A stretch of DNA of 64,000 nucleotides from the human T2T-CHM13v2.0 reference genome, Homo sapiens, in NCBI RefSeq assembly GCF_009914755.1, contig NC_060935.1. One strand, 5' to 3'. The position numbers were made by a program, and so were the translations under genes. The first letter of the stretch is position 1. Each line of letters opens with the position of its first letter. Positions 42,327-55,790 of the stretch are shown one piece after another. The notes beneath the pieces were generated by a model, which was not told the origin of the DNA, did not search any database, and saw only the letters and a list, made by a program, of their open reading frames with translations.

Positions 42327-42554
42327 AAACTCTACACTTTAACTTCATCTCCCTGTTTTTTTAACTTTTTATTGTCTCTATGTTTTACTATATCTTGAAA
42401 AGTTGTTGTAGTTATTATTTTGATATGTTAAACTCTACACTTTAACTTCATCTCCCTGTTTTTTTAACTTCATCTCCCTGTTTTTTTAACTTTTTATTGT
42501 CTCTATGTTTTACTATATCTTGAAAAGTTGTTGTAGTTATTATTTTGATATGTT
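42327..42554. repeat. 103-bp tandem duplication with a nested 22-bp duplication
   Basis: Copy 1 at 42327-42429; copy 2 at 42430-42554 carries an extra tttaacttcatctccctgtttt. Confidence 0.9.
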
Positions 42555-43532
42555 AATCTTGCAGTCTTTCTACTCACAATATGAATAGTTTACATACCAT
42601 AATTACAGTATTATAATATTCTGTGCTTTTCTGCGTACTTACTATTTCCAGTGAGTTTTGTACATTCAGATGATTTCTTACTGCTTATTAATGTCCTTTT
42701 CTTTCAGATTGAAGAACTGCCTTTAGTATTTCTTGTAGGAAAGGTCTGATGTTGGTGAAATCTCAGATTTTGTTTGTCTGGGAAAGTCTTTATCTCGCCT
42801 TCATGTTTGAAGGATATTTTTGTTGGATATACTATTCTAGGATAAAACGGTTTTTTTCCACATTTTAAATATGTCATACCACTCCCTCCTGGCTTGTAAG
42901 GTTTCCACTGAGAAGTCTACTGCCAGATGTATTGGAGCTCCATTGTATGTTATTTGTTTTTTTTTTTCTTGCTGCTTTTAGGGTCCTTTCTTTAACCTTG
43001 ACCTTTGAAGTTTGATTATTAAATGTTTTGAGGTAGTCTTATTGGGGTTAAATCTGCATGGTATTCTATAATCATCTTACATTTGAATGTTGATATCTGT
43101 CTCTAAGTTTGTAAAGTTCTCTGTTATTATCCCTTTGAATAAACTTTTTACCCTGATCTCTCTCTCCCTACCCCCTCTTTAAGGCTAATATTGCTTAGAT
43201 TTGCTTTTTTGAGACCATTTTCTAGATCTTGTAGGCACGCTTTATTCTTTTTTATTTTTTTATTTTGTCTCCTCTGACTATGTATTTTAAAATAGCCTTT
43301 CTTCAGGCTCACTAATTATTTCTTCTGCTTGATCAGTTCTGCTGTTGAGACTCTGATGAATTCAATATGTGAATTGCATTTCTTGGCTTCAGAATTTCTG
43401 CTTGATTCTTTTTAATTATTTCAATCTCTTTGTTAAATTTATCTGATAAGATTCTGAATTCCTTCTCTGTGTTATCTTGAATTTCAATGAGCTTCCTGTA
43501 AATAGTTATTTTGAATTTTCTGTGTGAAAGGT

Positions 43533-43626
43533 TACATACCTTTACATACATACCTTTACATCCTGGTATGTACATACATACCTTTACATACATACCTTTA
43601 CATACATACCTTTACATCCTGGTATG
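43533..43626. repeat. Compound 14-bp repeat (tacatacctttaca)2-tcctggtatg-taca-(unit)3-tcctggtatg
   Basis: Directly visible. Confidence 0.9.
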
Positions 43627-43763
43627 CCCATCCAGGATTGTTCACTGGTGACTTTAGTTCATTTGGTGAGGTCGTGTTTTCCTGGATGATCCTGATACTT
43701 GTGGATGTTTGTTTGTGTCTGAGCATTGAAGAGTTAGATATTTATTGTACTTCACAGTCTGGG

Positions 43764-44160
43764 TGTATTAGTCAGTTCTTGCATTGCTATAAAAATATAC
43801 CTGAGATTGGATAACTTATAAAGGAAAGAGGTTTAATTGGCTCATGCTTCTGCAGGCTTTATAGGAAGCATAGCAGTTTCTCCTTCTTGGGGAGCCTCTG
43901 GAAGCTTCCTATCGCAGAAGAAGGCAAAGGGGGAACAAGGCACTTCACATGATTGGAGCAGGAGGAAGTGGGGGGAGGAGGTGCCATACATTTTTAAGTG
44001 ACCAGATCTCATCAGAACTCACTCACTGTCACAAAAACAGCACCAATGGGTAAATCTGCCCCCATGGTCTAATCACCTTTCATCAGGCCTCCACCTCCAA
44101 CATTGGGGATTACAATTCAACTTGAGATTTGGGGTGGGAACACAAATCCAAACCATATCA
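43764..44160 (-). mobile_element. MSTA-type MaLR solo LTR nested in the L1
   Basis: tgtattagtc...ccaaaccatatca with 5-bp TSD ctggg on both sides. Confidence 0.9.
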
Positions 44161-46259
44161 CTGGGCTTGTTTGTACTCATCCTTCTTAGGAAGGCCTTCC
44201 AAGTATTTGAAGAGATTTGAGTTTTGTGATGTAAGTCTTTGGTCACTGCAGCCATATCTGCATCGGGGGGCACCCCAAGCCTAACACTGTGGCTCCTACA
44301 GACTTGTAGAGGTAATGCCTTGGTAGTCTTCGGTAAGATCTGGGAGAATTTCCTGGATTACTGGGTAGAGACTTGTTCCCTTCCCTTACTGTCCCCCAAA
44401 CAGAGTCTCTCTCTCTCTCTGTGCTGAACTGCCTGGAGCTGGGGGAGGGGTGATACAAGCACCCCTGTGGCCACCAACACTGGGACTATGCTGGTTCAGA
44501 CCCTAAGACAGCACAGCACTGGGTCTTACCAAGGCCCATGGTGACCACTGCCTGACTACTGCTTATGTTTACTCAAGGCCCAAGGGCTCTACAGTCAGCA
44601 GGTGGTGAATCCAGGCAGGCTCGTGTCCTTCCCTTCAGGGTGACAGGTTCTCCCTGGCTGTGGGGGATTCCAAAGATGGCATCTGGGAACCAGGACCTGC
44701 AGTCAAGAACCTCAGGAAGATACCTGGTGCTCTATTCTACTGTGGCTCGGCTGGCACTCAAGCTGAAAAACAAAGTCCTTCTCACTGCCCGCTCTTCTCT
44801 CTCCTTTCCTCAAGCAGAGGAGTCTCTCTCCATGGCCACCACTGCCCCAGCCTTGTGGTGAGTACTGCCCAGCTACTGCTGATGTTCACTCAATGCCCAT
44901 GAGCTCTTCAATCAGCTTGTGGTCAATGCTTCCAGGCCTGTGTCTCTCCCTTCAAGGCAGTGGGCTCCCCCTCTGGCCCAGGACAGGTACAGAAATGCTG
45001 TCCAAGAGCCAAGGCCTGCAAGTGGGGACACCAGCAGCCCACTTGGTGCTATACTCCACTGTAGCTGACCTGGTACCCAAGCTGCAAGACAAAGTCCCCC
45101 TTTCTCCTCTCTCTACTTTCCTCAAGGAGAAGGAGTCTCTCTCCCCATAGCCACCACATCTGGGAAGGTTCTGGGTCATGTCTGAAGCCAGCATGGCTCT
45201 GAGCCTCACCCAAGGCCTGCAACAAGTAATTCTTGGATAGTGCTGCTGATTATTCAGGACTCAGGGGCTCTGTAGTCAGTTGGTGATGAATCCTGCCAGG
45301 ACTGGGTCCTTCTCTTCAAGGGAGCAGGTTTCCTCCTGTTCCGGGGTGTGTCTAGAAATGTCGTCCAGGAGCTAGGGCCTGGAATAGAGGCCTCAGGACT
45401 ATGCCAAGCAGAGGGACGGAGTCTCTTCTGGAGCTGTGAGCTGCACTGCCTGGGATTGGAGGATGGGTGGTGCAAGCACTCCCATAGCTGCCCCGACTGG
45501 TGTCTCACTAGGTCATGTGCAGCCCAAGTCCACTGGCTCTTAGCTCAGCACCAGGACTTGCCCAGGGATTACAGTCCTTGTGGCCTAGACTTCCTTCGAG
45601 TTTACTTAGAACCCCAGAGCACTTTAGTTCATGGTGTCAGGGCTTGCTGGAACTCAGGTTTTGACCACTGAGATGGGTGGTTTCCCTCCAGCTAAGGTTG
45701 GTCTAAATGCTCCCTCCATGATCACCAGCTGAGTTCTGCCATGTGTTGCTTTCTGCTGTGACAGCACAGCACGGAGTTCCAATGCAAAGTCCCACAATCA
45801 CTGCATTATACCTCCCCAGAGTGCACAGATTCTCCCTCCATGCCACGCGGCTGCTGCCAGGGGATGGGGGATAGGTGGCATCAGCAATTCAAGGCTGACT
45901 TTCCTGCCCTCTTCAGTGCATCTTTCCTTAATATGAAGTTAAAACCAGGTACCATGATTGCGCACCTGTATTTGGTTTTTACAAAGGTGCTTTTCTTGTG
46001 TGGATAGTTGTTCAATTTGGTGTTCTGTGGGGGGTGGGGAATGGTGATCACTGGAGCCTTGCATTGAGCCATCTTGCTCTGCTTCCCGACCTCGAGATTG
46101 AGTTCTATCCACAAACCAGGAGACACAGGAATTACACTTTTGTGGCTGATTACCTCCTTAACATTATTAAGACATGGAGCCATTTCCCTGGACACAAATG
46201 TGAAGTCACCGTGTAAAGGGCAGGAAGGAGCCTACCCTGGCAGTGATGTCAGGCAGGAC

Positions 46260-46271
46260 CAAGATGGCGGC
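46260..46271 (+). promoter_or_regulatory. YY1 consensus site
   Basis: CAAGATGGCGGC, an exact extended consensus. Confidence 0.5.
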
Positions 46272-46703
46272 CATGGAGACACCTGTGAACGGGTGTGCTT
46301 GGGTTAGAAATGATTATCAAGCACAACAGCAACGTGCTACCAAGTTTGTGATCTGGGGAAAGAGAACACAATACAGAAACAAAGGGGGCATTGCACAGGG
46401 GAAGGTGCAACATAAAGCTACTGTCTATAGACTCAATCACCTACTGCACATGCACACGAGTACCGAGAACCTGCCTGGTGGTTGATGCACCCTTTTCCCA
46501 GATGCAGACATGAAGGAGATGTGGGTCCCTGCCTCATGAGCCAGATTCATGTAGAAACCAATGACTTCAGGGCAATATAGATGCCAGTGGCTTTTTCTGT
46601 GGTGTAGGGCTGCCAGATTCAGCAAATAAAAATGCAGGATACAAAAAGATGCTACACATCTCATGTCATCATCAGGGAACTGCACATTAAAAAAAACGAT
46701 GTA

Positions 46704-47016
<313 letters not shown>

Positions 47017-47614
47017 CTACACACCTGTTAGAGTGCCCCAAATCTGACACACTAACAACAACAAATGCTGGGGAGGAGGTGGAGCAACAGGAACTCTCAT
47101 TCATTGCTGGTGGGAAAACAAAATGGTACAGCCACTGTGGAAGACAGTTTGGCCATTTCTTGCAAAACTAAACATACTCTAACCATATAAACCAGCAATT
47201 ATACTCCTCAGTATTTACCTAAGGACTTGAAACTTAAGTCCACACAAAAATCTGCACACAAGTGTTTATAGCAGCTGTATTCACAATTGCCCAAACTTGG
47301 AAGCAACTGAGATGTCCTTCAGTAGAGTAGATACATAAGCTGTGGTACATCCAGACAATGGAATTCTATTAGCAATAAAAAGAAATGAGGTACCAGCCAT
47401 GAAAAGAAGTGGAGGAGTCTTAAATGCATATCGCTACATGAAAGAAGCCAGACTGAGAATGCTGCACACTTTAAGATCCCAGATAACGATATGACATTTT
47501 GAAAAAGGCAGCACTATGGAGACTATGGAAATACGATGGTCGCGATGGGTATGCAAGTACAATGGTTGTGATGGGTTGAGGAGAGGGAGGGATGAAGAGG
47601 TGGACCACAGAGGA

Positions 47615-47926
47615 TTTTTTTTACTTTTTTTCTTTTTTTGAGACAAGGTCTCACTCTGTTGCCCAGGCTGAAGTGCAGTGGCGGTATCAGGGCTTGGCTC
47701 ATGCAGCCTCAGACTCCTGGGTTCAAGGGATCCTCCCACCTCAGCCTCCTGAGTAGCTGGGACCATAGGCATGCACCACTACACTTGGCTAATTTTTCTT
47801 TTTTTGTGGAGATGGGGGTCTCACTATGTTGCCCAGGTTGTTCTTGAACTCCTGGGCTCAAGTGATCCTCCCTTCTCAAGTCTCTCAAAGTGCTGGAATT
47901 ACATGCATGAGCCACTGCGCCTGGCT
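47615..47926 (-). mobile_element. AluJ
   Basis: Diverged reverse Alu. Confidence 0.9.
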
Positions 47927-48290
47927 TCAGGAGATCTTTAGGGCAGTGTAATGATTCTGTTTAATACTGTAATGGTGAAGACATGTCATTGTAACGTTTG
48001 TCCAAACCCACAGAATGTGCAACCCTGAGAGTGATCCCTAATGTAAACTATGGACTTTAAGTGACGATGTGTCCATGTAGGTTCATCAGTTGTAACCAAT
48101 GCACCACTCTGGTAGGAATGTTGGCAATGGGGGAGGCTGTACATGTGCGGAGGCGGGGGTATATGGGAACTCTCTTTCTGCTCAATTTAGCTGTGCACAT
48201 TAAACTGCTCTTAAAACAAGGATGAGCTGTAGTTGAATCTTTTTAAATGCAGGATTCACAGGCAATATGAATTTCAAGTAAGCAATGGAT

Positions 48291-48350
48291 AAATGTTTTA
48301 GTGTAAGTATATCCCATGCTATATTTGGGACATACTTATCTTAAACATTT
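48291..48350 (+). ncRNA. miR-1302-like hairpin (candidate only)
   Basis: MER53 central palindrome; 3' arm TTGGGACATACTTATCTTAAA versus recalled miR-1302 TTGGGACATACTTATGCTAAA. No expression evidence. Confidence 0.25.
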
Positions 48351-48989
48351 TTTTTGCTGGCAAGCTTACTTTAGAGAGAGATGTAAGAAGAGTCAGAAAA
48401 TTCAGAGAAGTGGGTGTTGTTTCTTAGTGAACAAGGGGCCAGAGGGTTTGGACCAGTGGTTTCTGGTTCTGAGGAGGGATGTGGCCACCTGACTGCCTCT
48501 GCTTCCTCTCCCAGATGGAAGGTGCAGGTCTCTGTTGTATAAAAGGAGGAGGCCAGAGCCCTAGGCTTTGCTTAAAACAGTCTCAGAAATAGGCAGGTCT
48601 GCTGTGTTTCCCCATCCAAGGACCCAGTCACACCTCGCTTAGAGGTGGACGGCATCCCCTGGTCCTGTGAGAGCATCCCCTGGTCTGGTGTGGGCACCAC
48701 AGGCACGGCTGTAGGGGCAGCCCACAGGCCAGGCTTCATGGACGAGCTGCTTCAAGTTACAGCATTTCAGATGCCCTTCGGCACCTGCCGATGTTCTCCG
48801 GGACACTGAGGTTTTGGTCGTGGGCATTATGTCAACAGTTTAAAATAGGCATTTTTAGAATCCTGTGATATAATTGCTTTCAGATTCAGCCTTTAAAAAA
48901 AGTTTCTTTGAGCCTATGGTGGCTCCAATTCAGAAGAGAACATCTTCTAAGTCACTCCGTGAGACCCACATTTCAGTAGCAGTCTTATG

Positions 48990-49140
48990 CCATTTCGTTC
49001 ATTAAACAAGTATTTATTGAGTGCCTGCTGTATGCCAGACACAGTCTGAAGATGCAGCAGGGAACTAGCCACACCCCTGCCCTCAGGAAGCTGACCTTCC
49101 AGTGGGGAGACATCAGCAATAGAAGTAAATAATCAATATG
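48990..49140 (-). mobile_element. L2 3' end
   Basis: ttcattaaacaagtatttattgagtgcctgctgtatgccag...cctgccctcaggaagctgac. Confidence 0.85.
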
Positions 49141-49173
49141 CTGGGGACCACCAGGGATGTAAAGAAAGCTGGG

Positions 49174-49672
49174 TGCGGTAGGCAGGGTACGGCCTCCCAG
49201 TGAAGTGTCCAATCCCGGGAGCCTGCGAATATCTTACCTGATGTGGAAAAAGGGGCCATGTAGATGTGACTAGGGCCTTGAGGCGGGGAGATGATCCTGG
49301 ATTATTTGGATGGGCACGGTGTCATCACAGAGTCCTTAGGATAGGGAGGCGGGGTCCCTGTGGGTAGGAGATGTGGCAACACAAGTGGAAGTCTATTCAG
49401 CATGGGACAGAGACTGGAAGATGCTACGCAGCTAGTTTGGCCTCGCAGGTAGGGACCACGAGCCGAGCCAAGGACCACAGGCGGCCGCTAGAAGCCAGAC
49501 AAGGCAAGGAAACAAGTTCTCCCCGGAGCCTCCAGCAGAACCCAACCCTGATGACCCCTTGATTTTAGCCCAGTGAGACTCCAGACTTTCAGAATTGCTA
49601 CAGAATAAATGTCTTGTTTGAAGCTACTAAGTTTGTGGTCCTTTGTTGCAGCATCCCCAGGGCACTCCTACG
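49174..49672 (+). mobile_element. MLT1D-type LTR
   Basis: ggggagatgatcctggattat...gattttagcccagtgagact...aagctactaagtttgtgg. Confidence 0.8.
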
Positions 49673-50035
49673 CGAGGTCAGGAAGTGAATTTAATGTTAG
49701 TGTAGGGACGGGGGACAGGAAAGTCCTGCCTGACAAGGTGACATTTAAGCGGATGCAGGGTAAAGCGTGGCTTGTTCTGCGGCAGCAGCCACGCTGATCC
49801 AGAGCTCAGAGCCCAGCCCAACACTGGGGGACGTGACACAGTGAGGAAGTATGAAGCTCCAGCAGGAACGCCAGCCAGAGGGAGCACCAGGAATGAGTCA
49901 TGTCAGCCTGGACGTGCCCAGCCCCAAATTCCAGCATAGCTGCTCACCAGCCAGTCACTCGACCTCCCCAAACGTGCTTGTTCTGTTTGTCATCAGTTCA
50001 GTGATGTGGCCACAGAATCCGCTCCAAAGGGCCGC

Positions 50036-50777
<742 letters not shown>

Positions 50778-51542
50778 AGCTTCGAGGAGGAAAAAGAAAA
50801 CAAGCATGAAAAGTTCCTATGCACAGGAGGCCCTCACTACGAATTAGCCCTGATTGCTACAAGCCAAGAGCCATTTCTAGAGAACAGACCAAGGAATAAA
50901 AATGTGCGCTCTGTTTATCACAACTGGAAAACCAAAGAACAAAAGGGAGAAGTGGCCACCCAGCGCAGATAAAAATATTTAACAATGTTCTATTTCACAA
51001 TTTTGCCTGGTCTGCTACCCAGACTTGATGATCAATGAGGAGTTTTCTCTTTTTTTTTTTTCCCAACCAAAAAGAACGTGTTGCATAAATTCAGGTTTCC
51101 AGGGACCTGAGAAAGGCAGAAAAACAGCCTCTCAAGCTCTCCCCATCAGCCAGGCAGTGGCCTCAGCTTTCCAAACCTCATCAGTGAAACCCTGGGGACG
51201 GACTGATGTGGAATAGCCCAGGGAAGGAGGCAGGGGCCTTTTCTAATGACTCTGAAGAAGCCAGGCACAGCTGCTGCCAGGAAAATGAAAGACACAGGTA
51301 CTGACAATGGAAATTGAATGGAGGTTTTGGAGAAAATGCAGGCAGAAGCAAAGATTTAGGACGTATCTATATCCGAGGTCTTTCCTGGAGAGATGCCTTC
51401 TTGGAAGCTGGGTACATCTTCTTACAGAACAAATAGAAGGCTTGCCAGCCTTCTGCTCTCAGCTTCTGAGAATGACTCCATTTGTCACCGCACGCGCTTG
51501 TCCCATCTCTGCAGGCAGCTTTGGATGGTGTCCCTCAGGACT

Positions 51543-51820
51543 CCGTATCTGGCTAATTTTTGTATTTTTAGTAGATACGGGGTTTCACCCTGTTGGCCAG
51601 GCTGGTCTTGAACTCCTGACCACAAGTGATCCACCTGCCTTGGCCTCCCGAACTGCTGGGATTGCAGATGTGAGCCACCATGCCCGGCTGGAGGCCAGAA
51701 GTTGAAAATCAAGGTGTCACAGGGCTGCTTCCTCTGGAGGCTCTAGGGGAGGGTCCTTCCTTGTCTCTTCTAGAATCTGGTACCTGCTGGTGATCCACGA
51801 TCCTCCTGGGAATGTAGATG
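51543..51820 (-). repeat. Inverted copy of 50260-50537 (MLT1C plus Alu left arm)
   Basis: Reverse complement aligns without gaps at ~95% identity, including the MLT/Alu junction and private Alu variants. Confidence 0.95.
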
Positions 51821-52604
51821 GTGTTTACCAGGGTGCACAGGATAGGGGATAGTGAGAGTCTGAAATCACAGGGCCAGAGTGGAGTTGGAGGGTGACTGGA
51901 GGCCCTCTGTCCCTAGAGACCTGGGCCGAGCCAGTTTCCTCACCCGTTAGCCAGGCTGGGTTGCTCGGCGGCCCAGGACACAGCACGACCCCTGCAGGGG
52001 CCCAGCTGGGAAACTTCCAGAGCAACCTGCCTACAGGAGGGCAGTGCTGGTCTGACCTGTGTTAAGGAGGGACGGCAGGATGAACTGCCCACCTCGAACA
52101 GCCCCTCTTTCCCCGGCGTGTCATGAAAGCCCCTCCTCTGGGGACCCTGTTAGAGTGAACTGCTTCTTCCACAGTTCTTCCAGAACATGCGGCTTATGGC
52201 CCCATCACAACACCTGGCATGCTGCTAAGGAGCCGTCAGGAGACAGAAACCACACGGGTATTTCGGCAGCCAGAATTTAATAGAGAAGAATACAGAAGGG
52301 ATGCTAGCTGGGTGCCAGTGACTTCTCCCCAGCTGATCCACGCACGGTGAGAACTCAGACGTCATGAAGACAACAACAGCAGGACTCAGCCACTCCCACG
52401 GAGGTGAGGCTGCCACCATAACAGCAAGGAAGCCAGGAAGTGCAGCCCACAGGGCGTAAACTGAGACTTCCAAGGAGGAAGCGCTGGCTGGCTGGCTAGC
52501 TGGGGGGTGTCTCTTGGGGGTGGGGGACACAGGGTCCCTGGTTCGTGAGGGTTGGGAAAATCATAGGCAAGATCCTTTCTGCTATGGGAAGGAAAGAAAA
52601 AGAA

Positions 52605-52650
52605 AGGAGCAGCAGCAGCAGCCGTAGGAGCAGCAGCAGCAGTAGGAGCA
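52605..52650. repeat. Interrupted (AGC)n repeat
   Basis: aggagcagcagcagcagccgtaggagcagcagcagcagtaggagca. Confidence 0.85.
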
Positions 52651-53019
52651 TGGCCAGAACAGGATCGAGGGACAAAACCTTCCCCATCCAGCCCCGCAGT
52701 CCCCTCCAGCATCCCCTGTGCGAGCCAGCCAGGCGCCAAGAACGCCCAGTGTGCAAGGGCAGCTGTGACATGGAGAGGCCAGGGTCACGCACACCCCTTG
52801 GGCTGTGCAGCCTCTGTACGCACCCTTCTTCTCCTATTTGCACATCTCTCCAACAGCAAGGCAACTTAAGCTTCTGTCTAACAAGCTGCAAGCATCCTCC
52901 ACACAAATGAAGATTTTTCTTACCCTCTCCCCCAACTGAGGAGCTGTAGAAGCCATCAGTCATTGTGTCTGTCTTTGGCAGCTGGTCCTAGCACTACCTC
53001 TGGGCCATGCCAGATCTTT

Positions 53020-53329
53020 CTCCTCCTTCTCCTCCTCCTCTTCTTCTTCTTCTTGACAGGGTTTTGCTCTGTCACCCAGGCTGAAGTGCAGTGGTGCTTT
53101 CGCAACTCACTGCAGCCTGGCTAGGCTCTAGTGACCCTCCCACTTCAGCCTTTCCAGTAGCTGGGACCACAGGCATGTACCACCATGCCCTGATAATTTT
53201 TGAATTTTTTGTAGAGATGGGGGTCTTACTATGTTGCCCAGGGTAGCCTTGAACTCCTGAACTCAAGGGATCTTCTCCTCTCAGCCTCTCAAAGTGCTGG
53301 GATTGCAGGTGTGAGCCACTGCCCCAGCT
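53020..53329 (-). mobile_element. AluJ with (CTC/CTT)n tail
   Basis: Diverged reverse Alu. Confidence 0.9.
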
Positions 53330-53358
53330 GAGATAGTTCTTAAATCCAATCACCACTT

Positions 53359-53852
53359 TGATTAGTCCTCTACAGCTGATGTAGCAAATTACCACAAATG
53401 TAGTGGCTTCAAATGACACCAATTTATTGCTGCTGTGGTTGAGGAGGTGAAAAGTCAGACAAAAGTCTCACTGGGCTAAAGTCAAGGCATCAGCAGGGCT
53501 GGTTCCCTCTGGGCCCTCTAGGGGACAATCTGTTTCCTTGCTTTCTCCAGCCTCTCGAGGCTGCCCAGTGTCTTGGCTGCTGGGCCCTTTCTCCATCTTT
53601 TAAGGAGAAACATTGCCTCTTTCGCTCCACTCTTCCAGCTCCCTCTGAACATAGCTGGGAAAGGTTCTTTGCTTTTAAGGATTCATGGGAGTAGGTTTGG
53701 CCCATCTGGAAAATCCAGAATAACCTCCCTGTCTCTGAGATCCCACTTTAATCGCACCTGCCAAGTCTCTCTTGCCAGGTAAGGTCACATGTTTGCAGGT
53801 TCCAGGGATAAGGATGTGAATGTCTTTGGGGTCCATTGTTCTGCCTACCACA
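53359..53852 (-). mobile_element. MLT1D-type LTR
   Basis: aaattaccacaaa...ctcactgggctaaagtcaagg...aatccagaataacctccc...ttctgcctaccaca. Confidence 0.85.
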
Positions 53853-54039
53853 GAGTCCCTTCCGAAAATTCCGTTGGCTACAGACTAAATCAGAAAGCTG
53901 ATCCCTAACAAAATATGTTTAAAGAATGAGAAGAGAGACAAAAAAATAGTGAATGTCCATAAAAACAATCCCGTGTATGTAGGGATACATGTGCCCATCA
54001 GAAGCAAGGCCAGGACACCTGCGCATGGCCATGGTCTGT

Positions 54040-54540
54040 GTTTCTACAGCTGCCATCATGAGCCCTCTTCCACCATCATTTCATGTCCCCTTTGACCTCA
54101 GTTGGGTGGGGTGTCTTACCTGGGTGGGGGAACCAGACACTCATTCCTGAAGGGTCTGAATCCTCAATGGTCTGTCTTTTTGGGGGATAGTTCACCACTC
54201 ACTTGTACTATTAATTATGCAAGAACCAACAGGCACCCCAGAGAATCCTTTGGGTCTAGAACTAGTCTCCTTCCTCCCCACCATCCCACATCATGTAGCA
54301 GCAACTAAATTTCCCCTTGGCAATTGGGATCCATCACTCTGGCCGGTATAGTGACCTTCCTCTTTTCCTGCAGGTTCAGTGGTGTATGGAGCCCAAAATG
54401 GCCATGTAATCATCTCGTTTTCCACTTCACTGGAACCAATGTTGTGTCTCCAGGTGGAAACATCCTGTGCAAACCAGCAACACTCAAAATTGCAAAAGTG
54501 GGAAGCAAACACTCTGCAAGTGGGTTACGGGATGGCATAG
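54040..54540 (-). mobile_element. ERVL/MaLR internal fragment
   Basis: gaaccagacactcattcctgaagggtct...ggatccatcact...caaaatggcca...tccaggtggaaacat, resembling MLT-int. Confidence 0.55.
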
Positions 54541-54991
54541 CAGACCAACCATAGGCATTTACCTCCTTAGAGTTTCAGAAGACAGTGTGGCCTCAGAAGA
54601 TCTGCAAGGATTTGAGGACTGGGCACTTGTCTGAGTCCTTTCTGAATCCCTAAGGTCTTGTCCAGGGTTTGATACAGCAAGATGCCCCCAACTCAGCAGA
54701 TATTTCTAAATGCAGATGTACCCAGTCTTTCTTTTCCAGGACATCCTAAGCATCCAGAGAACCACCCTGTGTCTACATCCCCCCAAGAGCCACCTTGCCC
54801 AAACATGGACATGGTAAGGTCTCTAGTCTACATCCAGAGACCAACCCATAGAAGATTAATACATGTTTGAAATTGGATTGAATTTCCTTGATAATTAGTC
54901 AGAATATGAATGCCTCATTTCTTAAGCCATGATCAAGAATCCATACCCTTCTATGAATTAGTCCATAAACTCTCCATCAAAAAGTGGAATG

Positions 54992-55790
<799 letters not shown>

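Larger units (their letters stand above)
38097..46091 (-). mobile_element. Near full-length L1MA (L1MA2/3-like) element
   Basis: 5' start GGGAAGCAGAGCAAGATGGC on the minus strand, repeated 5' region, ORF1 remnant (43333-43593), ORF2 remnants (38988-39284, 39356-39706, 39703-39981), L1MA 3'UTR; degenerate TSD at 38082-38096 and 46092-46106. Confidence 0.9.

Noticed and set aside
38097-46091. Active L1
   Set aside because: ORF1 and ORF2 are fragmented, with internal deletions and duplications and an MSTA insertion.
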